Of a stretch of DNA of 64,000 nt, positions 37,125-47,503 are shown piece after piece (position 1 is the first letter of the stretch; each line of letters begins with the position of its first letter). The notes under the pieces are model-generated. The model was given only the letters and a program-made list of their open reading frames with translations, ran no database searches and was not told the DNA's origin. The DNA comes from an uncultured Pelagibacteraceae bacterium (GTDB lineage Bacteria; Pseudomonadota; Alphaproteobacteria; Pelagibacterales; AG-422-B15), in assembly GCA_902523455.1 (NCBI GenBank), contig CABYZG010000006.1, positions 344-64,343 on the forward strand. Direction: 5' to 3'. A program made the translations under genes and the position numbers.

Positions 37125-37439
37125 TTATTTTTTCTTTTTTGATTTAGATTTTGTATCTATTACGCCCATGATGTCTGACTCTTTCATAATACAGAGTTCT
37201 TCACCATTAACCTTTACTTCTGTTCCAGACCACTTACCAAAAAGAACGATATCGCCAACTTTAAGATCAAGTGGGGTTACTTTACCATCTTCACTTTTAG
37301 TTCCATTTCCGACGGCTACAATTTGACCTTCTTGAGGTTTTTCCTGAGCAGTGTCTGGTATGATAATACCCCCTGCTGTTTTTTCTTCAGTATCCAGTCT
37401 TCTAACGAGTACACGATCGTGTAAAGGTCTAAAATTCAT
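37125..37439 (-). CDS. groES: Co-chaperonin GroES
   Basis: 104 aa: [31 protein letters not shown]. Confidence 0.97.
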   Translation of the reverse strand: MNFRPLHDRVLVRRLDTEEKTAGGIIIPDTAQEKPQEGQIVAVGNGTKSEDGKVTPLDLKVGDIVLFGKWSGTEVKVNGEELCIMKESDIMGVIDTKSKSKKKK

Positions 37440-37484
37440 GTCTTAATCTCCTAAATATGTTTGTACAAAGCTTAATTACCTAGG

Positions 37485-37513
37485 CATATAGTGATCTAGG
37501 GCAAGTGTGTCAA
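37485..37513 (-). promoter_or_regulatory. Candidate groESL promoter
   Basis: The minus strand reads TTGACA-N17-TATATG. The same stretch also resembles the alphaproteobacterial RpoH-type pattern CTTG-N19-CTATAT (the spacer is slightly long). Confidence 0.35.
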
Positions 37514-37575
37514 GGGGTGGAAAAAATTTCGATTTTATTGGAATTATCAAAAAAACAAGTATTTTCAATAATTTG

Positions 37576-38343
37576 CTATTGTTCTGATTCACCGCCATCA
37601 ATTACGATGTTTTGACCAGTCATAAAAGATCCCGCTTCAGAAGCCAAATATACTGCAGCGCCTGCAATTTCGTCAGGCATTCCTATCCTTTTTAAAGCTG
37701 CTTTGGCAGTCATAGATTTTAAGATACTCTCATTCTCCCATAATGCTCTGGCAAAATCAGTTTTTATTAAACCAGGTGAGATACAATTTGCACGAATATT
37801 ATCTCTTCCATATTCTACTGATATATTTCTTGCCAACTGGGAATCCGCAGCTTTTGATATAGCATAAGCACCCAACATGCTGTTGCCGCGCAAACCTGCG
37901 ATCGAGGAAATAATTATAATTGAACCATTTTTCATTTTGATCATATCTGGGAGCACCTCATTACAGAGCCAAAAATTACTTTGCACGTTTGACTTCATTA
38001 TTTTTTCAAACGCCTCGTCAGGTATATTATTTGATGGTCCAAAATATGGATTGATTGCAGCATTACATACAAGAGTGGAAATGTTGCCACAGAAGTCTAA
38101 CGATTTTTTGTAAAGATTTTTTAATTGCTCTTTGTCCGAAATATTACATGAAATTGCCGTTGCACGTCCCTCTCCAAATGTATCATTTATCTCTTTAGCG
38201 ACTGCTTCACATGCATCAAGCTTTCGACTTGTGATAATGACTTTTGCACCATGCTCTGCCATTCTGTAGGCTATAGCTTTGCCTATTCCTCTCGAAGATC
38301 CTGTGATTATAGCATTTTTATCTTTTAGGTTAAAAAGTGTCAT
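37576..38343 (-). CDS. SDR-family oxidoreductase
   Basis: TGSSRGIGKA cofactor motif and the YAISKAA catalytic motif. Confidence 0.85.
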   Translation of the reverse strand: MTLFNLKDKNAIITGSSRGIGKAIAYRMAEHGAKVIITSRKLDACEAVAKEINDTFGEGRATAISCNISDKEQLKNLYKKSLDFCGNISTLVCNAAINPYFGPSNNIPDEAFEKIMKSNVQSNFWLCNEVLPDMIKMKNGSIIIISSIAGLRGNSMLGAYAISKAADSQLARNISVEYGRDNIRANCISPGLIKTDFARALWENESILKSMTAKAALKRIGMPDEIAGAAVYLASEAGSFMTGQNIVIDGGESEQ

Positions 38344-38407
38344 TTAATAAAATATCATAATAATTTATAAGAAGATTATAAATTTATAGGATAATTTCAA
38401 TATAATT

Positions 38408-39262
38408 ATGGAAATTAAAAAAATCGTAAGCGCTACTGAATTTTCACTTTCTTATAGAATCATACTTTGTGATCTTTGGGGCGTTATTCATAATGGTGTT
38501 GAAGTATTCTCTGATGCAAAATCCTATCTTGAGGCAATGAAAGAAAATAATATTGATGTTTATTTGATTTCTAATGCTCCGAGACCTGAGGCAGTAGTAA
38601 GAAATGGTTTAATAAATAAACTTAATCTCAATCCTGAATTATTTAAAAAAATTTATACTTCAGGCGATACAGGTACACAGTACATAAATTCTAAAGTTCA
38701 TGGACAATCATATTATCATTTGGGACCAGAAAAAGATTATGACTTGTTAGAAAATATAAATATTCAAAAAACTAATGACATAGAGTCCTCAGAATTTGTT
38801 GTCTGCACAGGCTTATATAATGATAACGATGAACGCCCAGAGGACTATAAAAATATTTTTGAGGATTTTCTAAAACAAAATTTAGAAATAGTATGTGTTA
38901 ATCCAGATGAAATAGTCTACCGAGGTCAGGCACGCATATATTGTGCAGGTGCTCTTGGAAAATATTACGAAAAACTAGGAGGTAAAGTAACTTACTACGG
39001 AAAACCTTATCCAGAAATTTATGATTTTGTAAAGACTGATTTATTGTCTAAAGATACAACAATCAAAAAAGAAATATTAGCTATAGGCGACAGCCTAAAA
39101 ACAGATTGCTTAGGGGCACACAAATCGGATTTAGATTTTTTATTTATAAAAAATGGTATTCATAAAACTGAAATTGCAAATGATGACGATTTAGTGAGAA
39201 TATCAAAAGCTAATTTACCTGAAACTTGCAAAACTCTAATGTATACTGAAATTTTAAATTAA
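38408..39262 (+). CDS. HAD-superfamily IIA hydrolase (TIGR01459-like)
   Basis: LCDLWGVIHNG motif I. This is the usual alphaproteobacterial neighbour of ribF. Confidence 0.7.
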   Translation: MEIKKIVSATEFSLSYRIILCDLWGVIHNGVEVFSDAKSYLEAMKENNIDVYLISNAPRPEAVVRNGLINKLNLNPELFKKIYTSGDTGTQYINSKVHGQSYYHLGPEKDYDLLENINIQKTNDIESSEFVVCTGLYNDNDERPEDYKNIFEDFLKQNLEIVCVNPDEIVYRGQARIYCAGALGKYYEKLGGKVTYYGKPYPEIYDFVKTDLLSKDTTIKKEILAIGDSLKTDCLGAHKSDLDFLFIKNGIHKTEIANDDDLVRISKANLPETCKTLMYTEILN

Positions 39263-39271
39263 TTAAAAAAA

Positions 39272-40231
39272 ATGAAATTTTTTAAAAGTTTAAATAGAAG
39301 ATCATTAAATTATACAAAGAATTCTGTATTAATTATTGGAAATCTTGATGGAGTTCATAAAGGGCACCAATCAATAATTAATTCAGCAAAAAAAATTGCA
39401 AATAAACAAAAAACAAAAATAGGTGTGTTACTTTTTGATCCTCATCCACGGAAATATTTTAACAAAAATATTAAAAGTTTCTTATTAACAGAGTTGAACG
39501 AACGTCTCGAAATCTTAAAATCTTACAGTATCGATTATGCAATAATAATAAAATTTAATAAAAAAATATCCTCTATGACACCTAACGACTTTTGTAAAAA
39601 AATATTACTTAGAGGAATATCAATGAAATATATTTTAGTTGGTAAAAATTTTAAATTTGGTAATAAACGATCAGGCGACTATAAGTTTCTTCTGAATTTT
39701 GGTAAAGAAAATCAATTTTATGTAAACCCAGTGAAATTATTAAAAACACCAAATCATCTTTTTAATAAAACAAAGATGAAAATATATTCGTCTACAAATA
39801 TAAGAAAACTTATTTCAAATGGTAATGTAAAATTGGCAAAAAATTTTTTGGGAAACAATTTCAGTATAACGTCAAAAGTTATAAAAGGAGATCAACGAGG
39901 CCGAAAAATTGGCGTTCCAACTGCTAATCTAAATATAAATGAATACGTAGCACCAAAATATGGAGTATATGCTATTGAGGCCTCATTCCTTAAAAATTCA
40001 AAGAAAAGAACTCTTAAAGGTATTGCGAATTTTGGTATCAGACCAACATTTCATAAGAACTCTGAAATTTTGGAAGTTCATCTATTTAGATTTAAATTGA
40101 ATATTTATAATTCTTTGCTAAAAGTCGACTTTGTTGAATTTATAAGGCATGAAAAGAAATTTTCAGGAGTAGAGGCCTTAAAAAAACAATTAAAATCAGA
40201 TATAGCTAAAGCACAAAAAATTCTAAATTAA
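39272..40231 (+). CDS. ribF: Bifunctional riboflavin kinase / FMN adenylyltransferase
   Basis: IGNLDGVHKGHQ; GDQRGRKIGVPTANL. Confidence 0.9.
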   Translation: MKFFKSLNRRSLNYTKNSVLIIGNLDGVHKGHQSIINSAKKIANKQKTKIGVLLFDPHPRKYFNKNIKSFLLTELNERLEILKSYSIDYAIIIKFNKKISSMTPNDFCKKILLRGISMKYILVGKNFKFGNKRSGDYKFLLNFGKENQFYVNPVKLLKTPNHLFNKTKMKIYSSTNIRKLISNGNVKLAKNFLGNNFSITSKVIKGDQRGRKIGVPTANLNINEYVAPKYGVYAIEASFLKNSKKRTLKGIANFGIRPTFHKNSEILEVHLFRFKLNIYNSLLKVDFVEFIRHEKKFSGVEALKKQLKSDIAKAQKILN

Positions 40232-40236
40232 GCAAA

Positions 40237-43050
40237 ATGAACACTAAAAATGATAAAATAGACTTTAGTGAAACTCTATTTTTACCAAAGACGTCCTTTG
40301 CGATGCGTGCTGGCCTACCCGAGCAAGAGCCAAAAATTCTAAATGGCTGGTCAAAGGATAATATTTATGAAAAATTAAGGGAAAAATCAAAAAGTAGAAA
40401 AAAATTCGTATTACACGATGGCCCCCCTTACGCTAACGGTCATTTACACATGGGGCACGCCCTGAACAAAATACTAAAAGACTTTGTTGTGAGATCACAA
40501 CAAATGCTTGGAAATGATAGTTCTTACATTCCTGGCTGGGATTGTCATGGGTTGCCAATTGAGTGGAAAATAGAAGAGCAATATAGAGAACAAGGAAAGA
40601 ATAAAGATGATGTCGATATTATAAAATTTAGAAAAGAATGCAGAGAATTTGCTGAAAAATGGATTGATATACAAAGAGAAGAATTTATTCGCTTAGGAAT
40701 AAACGGAGATTGGTACTCTCCCTATACTACAATGTCATATGAGGCAGAGTCTATAATTGTAAGAGAATTTTTTAAGTTTCTTGAGAACGAAAGTTTATAT
40801 CGTGGGTCAAAGCCTGTTATGTGGTCAACTGTTGAAAAGACTGCATTAGCTGAAGCTGAGATTGAATATAAAGAACATAAATCAACAGCTATCTGCGTAA
40901 AGTTTCCAGTAAAAGAGAGTTCTGAAGCAAATTATCAAGATGCATCTGTAATTATATGGACTACAACTCCATGGACAATTCCAGGAAACAGAGCAATTGC
41001 TTATAGTAAATCAATAGCGTATTCAATGTTTGAAGTAGTAAGTTTAGAAGAACACAGTACTTTGCAAGATGGAGATAAAATTATAATTGCAGATGAACTT
41101 TTAGATAATGTAAAAGTTCAATGCAAAATTAGAGAATTAAAAAAAATATCAGAGGTAAAAAACTTAGACAAAATTATTTGTAATCACCCTTTTAAAAAAT
41201 CTGGTTATGATTTTGAGGTAAGAATTTTTGATGCTGATTTTGTTACTTTGGAGCAAGGCACGGGTTTTGTTCATATAGCACCTGGCCATGGAGCTGATGA
41301 CTATAATTTGGGCATTACAAATGGTATCGAAGTACCTGATACAGTAGACGAAAATGGTGAATACTTTCCCCATGTACCATTATTTAATGGTAAAAAGATT
41401 TTTAATGAAGATGGATCAGATGCTGATGCAAACGTGGCAGTTATCATTGAGCTAAAAAAGCATGAAAATTTAGCAGGCAAGGGTTCATTGCGTCATAGCT
41501 ACCCTCATTCATGGAGATCAAAAGCTCCTGTCATCTTTAGAAATACTCCACAATGGTTCATCAGTATGGAAAAAAATCAATTGAGAGAAAAAGCGTTGAA
41601 CGAAATTGAAAAGGTTAAATGGTATCCAAAACAGGGAAAAAATAGAATTTATTCGATGATTGAAGAAAGACCTGATTGGGTAGTGTCAAGACAACGGGCA
41701 TGGGGCGTACCTTTATCTATCTTTTACAATATTAAAACAGGAAAGCCGCTGATTGATAAAGAAATAAATGAAAAAATTATTAAACTTTATGAAAAAGAAG
41801 GGTCAGATGCGTGGTTTAAATATTCAAAAGAAGAATTATTAGGTTCAAATTATAATCCGGAAGAATATAAAAAAGTTAATGATATTTTAGATGTATGGTT
41901 TGACTCAGGCTGTACTCATGCATTTGTTTTAGATGGAAAAAATGATCAAATCTGGCCAGCATCTATTTATCTTGAAGGAACAGATCAACACAGAGGTTGG
42001 TTTCATTCATCACTTTTAGAATCTTGTGGCACAAGAGGAGTTGCGCCTTATGAGTCTGTTTTAACTCATGGATTCATACTTCATGAAGATGGCCTAAAGA
42101 TGAGTAAATCATCATCCAATACTGTCTCGCCAGCAGAGGTCATTGAAAAATCTGGAGCTGACATACTAAGGCTCTGGGTAGCAAGCAGTGATTACTCTGA
42201 GGATTTAAAGATCGGGCCTGAAATCATAAAAAGCAACATTGATAGCTATAGAAGACTACGCAATACACTTCGTTTTATTTTAGGTAATTTATCAGATTTT
42301 GATCATGACGAGAAAGTATCTGTGGATGAACTTGATGAATTAGATTTATATATTTTATCAGAATTAGAGATTTTAAAAAAAGAAGTTATCTCAAACTATA
42401 AAATATTTGAGTATCAAAAAGTTTTTTCTGCGATATTTAATTTTTGTACAAACGACTTATCATCTTTCTATTTTGATGTAAGAAAAGATACTCTTTATTG
42501 TGATTCAAAAAATAACAAAGTAAGAAAATCTACTCGCACTGTTCTAGATATTTTATTTCACGATTTATTAAGTTTGCTTGCACCAATACTCTGTTTTACC
42601 ACTGAAGAAGCCTGGCAAAGTCGATTTGGTTTTGAAAACAGCATACATGAAAAAGATTTTCCAAAATTAAATGATACTTTAATTAATAAAAATTTATCAA
42701 CTAAATGGGCAGTGTATAAAAAATTAAGAAAGGTCATTAATGGAGCAATCGAAGTGAAAAGAAAAGAAAAAGTTCTTGGATCCAGCCTTGAAGCTTCTGT
42801 TAAACTGTACATATCTAAAGATGAAATCGAAAAGATTGACCAAAAAGTATTAGAAAATATTTCAATTATTAGTGAATTGGAAATTGTAAATAACAAGCCT
42901 TCAGGTGACAGCTTTATATCTGAAGTTGATAAAAATATCGGAGTGCATGTAAGTAAAACTGATGGTGAAAAATGTGAGCGGTGTTGGAAATATTTTTCTA
43001 ATTTAAAAGATAATGTTTGCGATAGATGTCAAGAAGTGCTTTGTAAATGA
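40237..43050 (+). CDS. ileS: Isoleucine--tRNA ligase
   Basis: 937 aa with the HIGH motif (PPYANGHLHMGHA), KMSKS (LKMSKS) and a C-terminal CxxC zinc finger. Confidence 0.97.
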   Translation: MNTKNDKIDFSETLFLPKTSFAMRAGLPEQEPKILNGWSKDNIYEKLREKSKSRKKFVLHDGPPYANGHLHMGHALNKILKDFVVRSQQMLGNDSSYIPGWDCHGLPIEWKIEEQYREQGKNKDDVDIIKFRKECREFAEKWIDIQREEFIRLGINGDWYSPYTTMSYEAESIIVREFFKFLENESLYRGSKPVMWSTVEKTALAEAEIEYKEHKSTAICVKFPVKESSEANYQDASVIIWTTTPWTIPGNRAIAYSKSIAYSMFEVVSLEEHSTLQDGDKIIIADELLDNVKVQCKIRELKKISEVKNLDKIICNHPFKKSGYDFEVRIFDADFVTLEQGTGFVHIAPGHGADDYNLGITNGIEVPDTVDENGEYFPHVPLFNGKKIFNEDGSDADANVAVIIELKKHENLAGKGSLRHSYPHSWRSKAPVIFRNTPQWFISMEKNQLREKALNEIEKVKWYPKQGKNRIYSMIEERPDWVVSRQRAWGVPLSIFYNIKTGKPLIDKEINEKIIKLYEKEGSDAWFKYSKEELLGSNYNPEEYKKVNDILDVWFDSGCTHAFVLDGKNDQIWPASIYLEGTDQHRGWFHSSLLESCGTRGVAPYESVLTHGFILHEDGLKMSKSSSNTVSPAEVIEKSGADILRLWVASSDYSEDLKIGPEIIKSNIDSYRRLRNTLRFILGNLSDFDHDEKVSVDELDELDLYILSELEILKKEVISNYKIFEYQKVFSAIFNFCTNDLSSFYFDVRKDTLYCDSKNNKVRKSTRTVLDILFHDLLSLLAPILCFTTEEAWQSRFGFENSIHEKDFPKLNDTLINKNLSTKWAVYKKLRKVINGAIEVKRKEKVLGSSLEASVKLYISKDEIEKIDQKVLENISIISELEIVNNKPSGDSFISEVDKNIGVHVSKTDGEKCERCWKYFSNLKDNVCDRCQEVLCK

Positions 43051-43562
43051 TACAAACCATTGGAAGATTTATATTTTTAATACTGGTTATTTTTGCAGCC
43101 GATCAACTCTCAAAGTTTTATGTAATCAATGTTTACAACATTGATGTATCAAATCTCAGTTCACAATATTTAACATCAATAAATAAATATCTTAATTTTC
43201 ATTTGATATGGAATAAGGGCTTTGCATTTGGGATATTGCAAAATGAAATTTCGATGGTTAATTATATTTATATGTTTGTCATGGTTATTATTGCTATAGC
43301 AGTATTTTTTTATGCAATAAGTATTAATAAAAAAATTTATTATTATGGATTTAGTTTAATTATAGGAGGAGCGCTTGGTAACTTGCTCGACAGATATCAA
43401 TATTCTGCTGTATTAGACTTTATAGATTTACATTATAACAATTATCATTGGTATGTATTCAATATAGCTGATATAAGTATCACGCTCGGCTGTATTTTGA
43501 TTATTTTACTTGAGTTGTTCTCAAAAAAAGAAAATGATAAAACCGTTAAAAATGATACGTAA
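43047..43562 (+). CDS. lspA: Lipoprotein signal peptidase II
   Basis: 171 aa with 4 TM segments, NKGFAFG, GGALGNLLDR and FNIADISI. ATGA overlaps ileS. Confidence 0.9.
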   Translation: MIQTIGRFIFLILVIFAADQLSKFYVINVYNIDVSNLSSQYLTSINKYLNFHLIWNKGFAFGILQNEISMVNYIYMFVMVIIAIAVFFYAISINKKIYYYGFSLIIGGALGNLLDRYQYSAVLDFIDLHYNNYHWYVFNIADISITLGCILIILLELFSKKENDKTVKNDT

Positions 43563-44166
43563 CTATTTAATTATATTTTTTATATTAATTTTTGCTGCTT
43601 GTACTAACAATACAGTCAGAGATTACACATCATTAAAGCAAAAAGCACTAGAAATACCTCCTGATTTTGAACTAACCCCACCAGTTGTTGGTGAAGAGGA
43701 AGTAGAGGAGGCCGCGCCTACAGGTGAGTCAGCCGAAGATATTCAGGATATCATTACACAAGACTCATCCACCAGTGTGCCTAGTAATGCTGATACATCA
43801 TCGTTAGACGAATTTATTGATAATAATTTTGGAAACGAGGATCAAAATATAAATAATTCAACTTTACCTGAGGATCCTATTAATGAGGTAATTGAAGATT
43901 CACTTGTTGAAAGTAATGAATTAGACGTTGTAACAAATGACGATAGCATTTTAGATACAACTGATAATATTGGTTTGAGCGAGGAAGAGTTTTTGGAAGG
44001 AATATCAAACACAGATGAAATTACAACACTTCCTGAAGAAGATCAGCTTAAACCAGAAATAATTGATGAAGCAATGTATGATGATGCTCCTAGTTTTGAT
44101 GAAAACGAAGATTTGAATGATCTTCTTAACAGGGTGGATGACTTACTTAATTCATATTCAAATTAA
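43552..44166 (+). CDS. Acidic lipoprotein (DUF3035-like)
   Basis: The preferred start is MIRNYLIIFFILIFAAC (lipobox FAAC). EIPPDFELTPP is present and the C-terminal half is very D/E-rich. The ORF-track start at 43510 lies deeper inside lspA. Confidence 0.55.
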   Translation: MIRNYLIIFFILIFAACTNNTVRDYTSLKQKALEIPPDFELTPPVVGEEEVEEAAPTGESAEDIQDIITQDSSTSVPSNADTSSLDEFIDNNFGNEDQNINNSTLPEDPINEVIEDSLVESNELDVVTNDDSILDTTDNIGLSEEEFLEGISNTDEITTLPEEDQLKPEIIDEAMYDDAPSFDENEDLNDLLNRVDDLLNSYSN

Positions 44167-44177
44167 TTATTCTATAA

Positions 44178-45176
44178 ATGTTTAAGTTTTTTAGAGATCC
44201 AAAATGGTTTTTATGGGCATACATCGGTTCAGCTATTATCTTATCATCTCTGTGGGTTCAGGTTCAAATTGATGTAAAAATTAATGAATGGTTTGGTGAG
44301 TTTTACGACATGATACAGGAAGCCTTGTCTGCTCCTAACGCCATCACAATTGAAGAATATTGGGCAAGTTTATTATCCTTTATAACACTAGCAGGAATGT
44401 ATGTAGCAGTTGCAGTCCTTGTAAGTTATTTTACTAATCACTTTTTATTTAGATGGAGAACTGCCATGGTTGAGTGGTATCACTCTGTCTATGATAAGGC
44501 GCGTAAGATTGAGGGCGCGTCACAAAGAGTTCAAGAGGATACGATAAAGTTTTCAAGAATTATGGAGTCTCTTGGTACAAGTTTGATTGAAGCTTTAATG
44601 ATCCTGGTAGAATTTATGCCAATACTGTTTGGCTTGAGTATTGGAATTCCAATATTTTTCTTTGGTGAATGGGAGTATGGTTTAGTCGTTGGTGCATTAT
44701 TATGGTCTATAGGAGGAACATTATTTTTAATTGGACTTGGTTTAATTTTAAGGCTTGTTGGCATTGAATATGATTTACAAAAACAAGAAGCGGCATATAG
44801 AAAAATGTTAGTAATTGCTGAAGATGATGAAACAGTAAGACCAAAAACCCTTGAGGAATTATTTGATGATGTAAGGCAAATTCATTTTTTAAGTTATATA
44901 AGATATCTATATTTCGATATTGGTCGTATTGCATTTTTACAGGCAAATGTTTTATCAGCTTATGTATTTTTAGCCCCTGCAATTGTTGCCGGGGTAGTTA
45001 CTCTTGGTGTAATGCAGCAAATAATCAGGGCATTTGGTAGAGTTGAGGGGTCAATGCAATATCTTCTTAAAGCTTGGCCAACAATTATTGAACTCGCAAG
45101 TGTTTATAAAAGATTGAGAGAGTTTGAAAGGCAAATAGATCAAGCAACCGTAACAGCTGGTCAGGAAGTGCGATGA
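44178..45176 (+). CDS. SbmA/BacA-like peptide transporter, short form (lacks about 70 N-terminal residues relative to E. coli SbmA)
   Basis: Long colinear similarity to E. coli SbmA as I remember it: INEWFGEFYDMIQEAL, FRWRTAMVEWY, IEGASQRVQEDTIKFS, AAYRKMLV, YFDIGRIAFLQ, VYKRLREFE. Confidence 0.85.
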   Translation: MFKFFRDPKWFLWAYIGSAIILSSLWVQVQIDVKINEWFGEFYDMIQEALSAPNAITIEEYWASLLSFITLAGMYVAVAVLVSYFTNHFLFRWRTAMVEWYHSVYDKARKIEGASQRVQEDTIKFSRIMESLGTSLIEALMILVEFMPILFGLSIGIPIFFFGEWEYGLVVGALLWSIGGTLFLIGLGLILRLVGIEYDLQKQEAAYRKMLVIAEDDETVRPKTLEELFDDVRQIHFLSYIRYLYFDIGRIAFLQANVLSAYVFLAPAIVAGVVTLGVMQQIIRAFGRVEGSMQYLLKAWPTIIELASVYKRLREFERQIDQATVTAGQEVR

Positions 45177-46198
45177 TGAATTATCCATTTCTTGATTTTG
45201 ATAAGCTTGAAAACTCATATTCCGAATCGTTAGGAATACTGGATCAAAGCTTTAATAAAATTTTAGTAGTCGGTATAGGTGGCTCTTCTCAGGGATCAAA
45301 AGCAATTAATCATTTTTTAAATGAAAAACGTGTTCAATATGTTGATCATTTAAATTCTGTTAAGATTAATGAATTGTTAGACAATACTCAACTAGATGAG
45401 ACTGGTTTCATTTTCGTATCAAAATCAGGACAAACATCTGAAACGTTAGCCATATTTGAATATATGATCAAAAAACTAGATGGGAATATTGATTTTTCAA
45501 AAAATTTCTATTCGTTTACAGAAAATGTGTCTTCTCCACTAAGAGACTTGTCTATACAAAAATCAATAAAAACTATTGAACTAAGCAACGAAATTGGAGG
45601 CAGATTTTCAATTTTTAGTAATAATAGCCTTATCCCCAGTTTTTACTTTAATAAAGATCTGTGCACTGAGTTTTTAAATGGAGGAAGAAAAGCATTAGAA
45701 GATAAAGACCAAATAAAGAATATGGCTGAGGAAGATTTTAAAAGAATAAAAAATGGAAAGAATATATTTGCTTATTTGATTTATGGTGATGAGCTTATTG
45801 AAATTGGTAATTGGCGAAAACAATTATATGCGGAGTCATTGGGTAAAAAGGCCAAAGGTATTTTACCTGTAGTATCTGAAATGCCAAAAGACCAGCACAG
45901 CCTTTTACAATTATATCTAGATGGACCCAAAAATATTTTTTTTGAAATTATGGGTATGGAATATTCAAAAATGAATATGATTAATATCACACTTTCAAAT
46001 CATCTTGATGCCATGAGTAAATCGTTATCAAAGATAAATGAGAATACTAATAAACATATTTTTAAAGATAAAGATATGAGTAAGATCGGCCATTTTTTTG
46101 GAACAGAAATGTTAAGGGTTATCTATCTTGCTGAATTATTAGAAGTTGACCCCTTTACTCAAGATGCAGTTGACATTCAAAAGAGTTATTTAAATTAA
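45173..46198 (+). CDS. pgi: Glucose-6-phosphate isomerase family protein (short form)
   Basis: VGIGGSSQGSKA, FVSKSGQTSET, the PGI signature-1-like EIGGRFSIFS and the signature-2-like FTQDAVDIQK. ATGA overlaps the sbmA-like gene. Confidence 0.6.
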   Translation: MMNYPFLDFDKLENSYSESLGILDQSFNKILVVGIGGSSQGSKAINHFLNEKRVQYVDHLNSVKINELLDNTQLDETGFIFVSKSGQTSETLAIFEYMIKKLDGNIDFSKNFYSFTENVSSPLRDLSIQKSIKTIELSNEIGGRFSIFSNNSLIPSFYFNKDLCTEFLNGGRKALEDKDQIKNMAEEDFKRIKNGKNIFAYLIYGDELIEIGNWRKQLYAESLGKKAKGILPVVSEMPKDQHSLLQLYLDGPKNIFFEIMGMEYSKMNMINITLSNHLDAMSKSLSKINENTNKHIFKDKDMSKIGHFFGTEMLRVIYLAELLEVDPFTQDAVDIQKSYLN

Positions 46199-46759
46199 TT
46201 TAAAAAAACTAAATTTAGAATTACCTAATTCTTTTTCACGTAAAAGTATTATTTCTGAGAGTTCGATGTGTTTAGATTTTTTTTCTTCCTCTAAGATGAT
46301 TATACTGTCTTTTTCTAATAAGTTTTTTTTAATAATATTTTTAATTGCTCTGAGTCCAAGATTTTTCCCATACGGTGGATCTATATAAGCAAGATTGAAC
46401 TTTGTAGCTTCAGAATACTCTTCAAATGAACAAGCATTTTCAGATATAACAGCTATCTTATCTAAATACCCCAGCTTGTTTGCACTTTTATAAATTATAT
46501 CTATCATTTGTTGATTGTTCTCTACCATGGTTGCGTGTTTAGCACCACGTGACAAAGCTTCAAAGCTAAATGAACCAGTGCCAGCGAAAAGATCAATTAC
46601 TTTTGCTTCTTCAAGACTAAAGTTAATTTTTACCAATTCTTTTCCATGCGTTAAAAGATTAAAAATGGTTTCCCTATTTTTGTCTGAAAGTGGTCTTACA
46701 TCTTTACTTTTAAAGCTAAATATTGAATGACCTTTTCTTTCTCCGCTAATAATTCTCAT
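46190..46759 (-). CDS. rsmD: 16S rRNA (guanine966-N2)-methyltransferase
   Basis: MRIISGERKG, DLFAGTGSFSFEALSRGA, DPPY. Confidence 0.85.
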   Translation of the reverse strand: MRIISGERKGHSIFSFKSKDVRPLSDKNRETIFNLLTHGKELVKINFSLEEAKVIDLFAGTGSFSFEALSRGAKHATMVENNQQMIDIIYKSANKLGYLDKIAVISENACSFEEYSEATKFNLAYIDPPYGKNLGLRAIKNIIKKNLLEKDSIIILEEEKKSKHIELSEIILLREKELGNSKFSFFKLI

Positions 46760-46760
46760 T

Positions 46761-47471
46761 TTAAGTAACTTTTTTTATTTCCCCTTTTTTCAAACTTCCA
46801 AGCTTAAATTCCCCATAAGTTATTCTAATTAATCTTGTGACTGTAAAATTCAAAGAATCAAAAATATTTCTAATTTCTTTATTTTTACCTTCAGTAAGTG
46901 TCATTTTTATCCATGAGTAAGTATTTGTTTTGCTTATGAATGATGCTTTTATGGGTTTATATTTAACTTTTTTATACGTATAACCCCTTAATAAGGTATT
47001 AATAAATTTATTATCAATAAAGCCTTGTATTTTTACTTTATAAACCCTTTCAAAATTATTTTTGGGTAATTCCATCTTTCTTTTCAAGCTACCGCTGTTA
47101 GTCAATAGTAATAGCCCCTCTGAATTGTAATCAAGTCGTCCAATTGAAATTAAATTATGATTTTGTTTAGGTATATATTCATAAATAGTTTTGCGATTTT
47201 TTGGATCTGATTTTGTTACCAAGCATCCTCTTGGTTTGTTGAAAATATATATATCATTTAATTGCTGATCAGATTTTAGGTTAATAGGTTTATTGTCTAT
47301 TTTTACAATACTGTTGATACTTATTTGAACTCCTTGTTTTGTCACCAATTCGTTATCAACAATAACTCTTTGCTCATCGATGAGTTTATCTATTTCTCTT
47401 CTCGAAAAGTTAGTTGACTGTGCTAATAATTTATTAATTCTTACTAATTTTTGTTGTCTCAAAGTAGGCAT
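46761..47471 (-). CDS. RsuA/RluB-family pseudouridine synthase with an S4 domain
   Basis: N-terminal S4 domain (RINKLLAQSTNFSRREIDKLI) and the catalytic motif GRLDYNSEGLLLLTNSG. Confidence 0.85.
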   Translation of the reverse strand: MPTLRQQKLVRINKLLAQSTNFSRREIDKLIDEQRVIVDNELVTKQGVQISINSIVKIDNKPINLKSDQQLNDIYIFNKPRGCLVTKSDPKNRKTIYEYIPKQNHNLISIGRLDYNSEGLLLLTNSGSLKRKMELPKNNFERVYKVKIQGFIDNKFINTLLRGYTYKKVKYKPIKASFISKTNTYSWIKMTLTEGKNKEIRNIFDSLNFTVTRLIRITYGEFKLGSLKKGEIKKVT

Positions 47472-47503
47472 GAATTAGGATTGCTTATATTAATTAAATA
47501 TTT

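Noticed and set aside
37440-37575. Searched for a CIRCE element (TTAGCACTC-N9-GAGTGCTAA) upstream of groES
   Set aside because: It is not present on either strand. Only a sigma70/RpoH-like promoter candidate was found.
38362-38384. AT-only inverted repeat AATTTATAA-N5-TTATAAATT between the SDR and HAD genes
   Set aside because: It is pure A/T sequence in an AT-rich spacer. It is easily explained by chance or by promoter -10-like sequences.
43510-43551. TTG-initiated extension of the acidic lipoprotein inside lspA
   Set aside because: The Met at 43552 gives a standard lipoprotein signal peptide with the FAAC lipobox. The extension adds a charged leader that would spoil it. The Met at 43534 remains a possible alternative.
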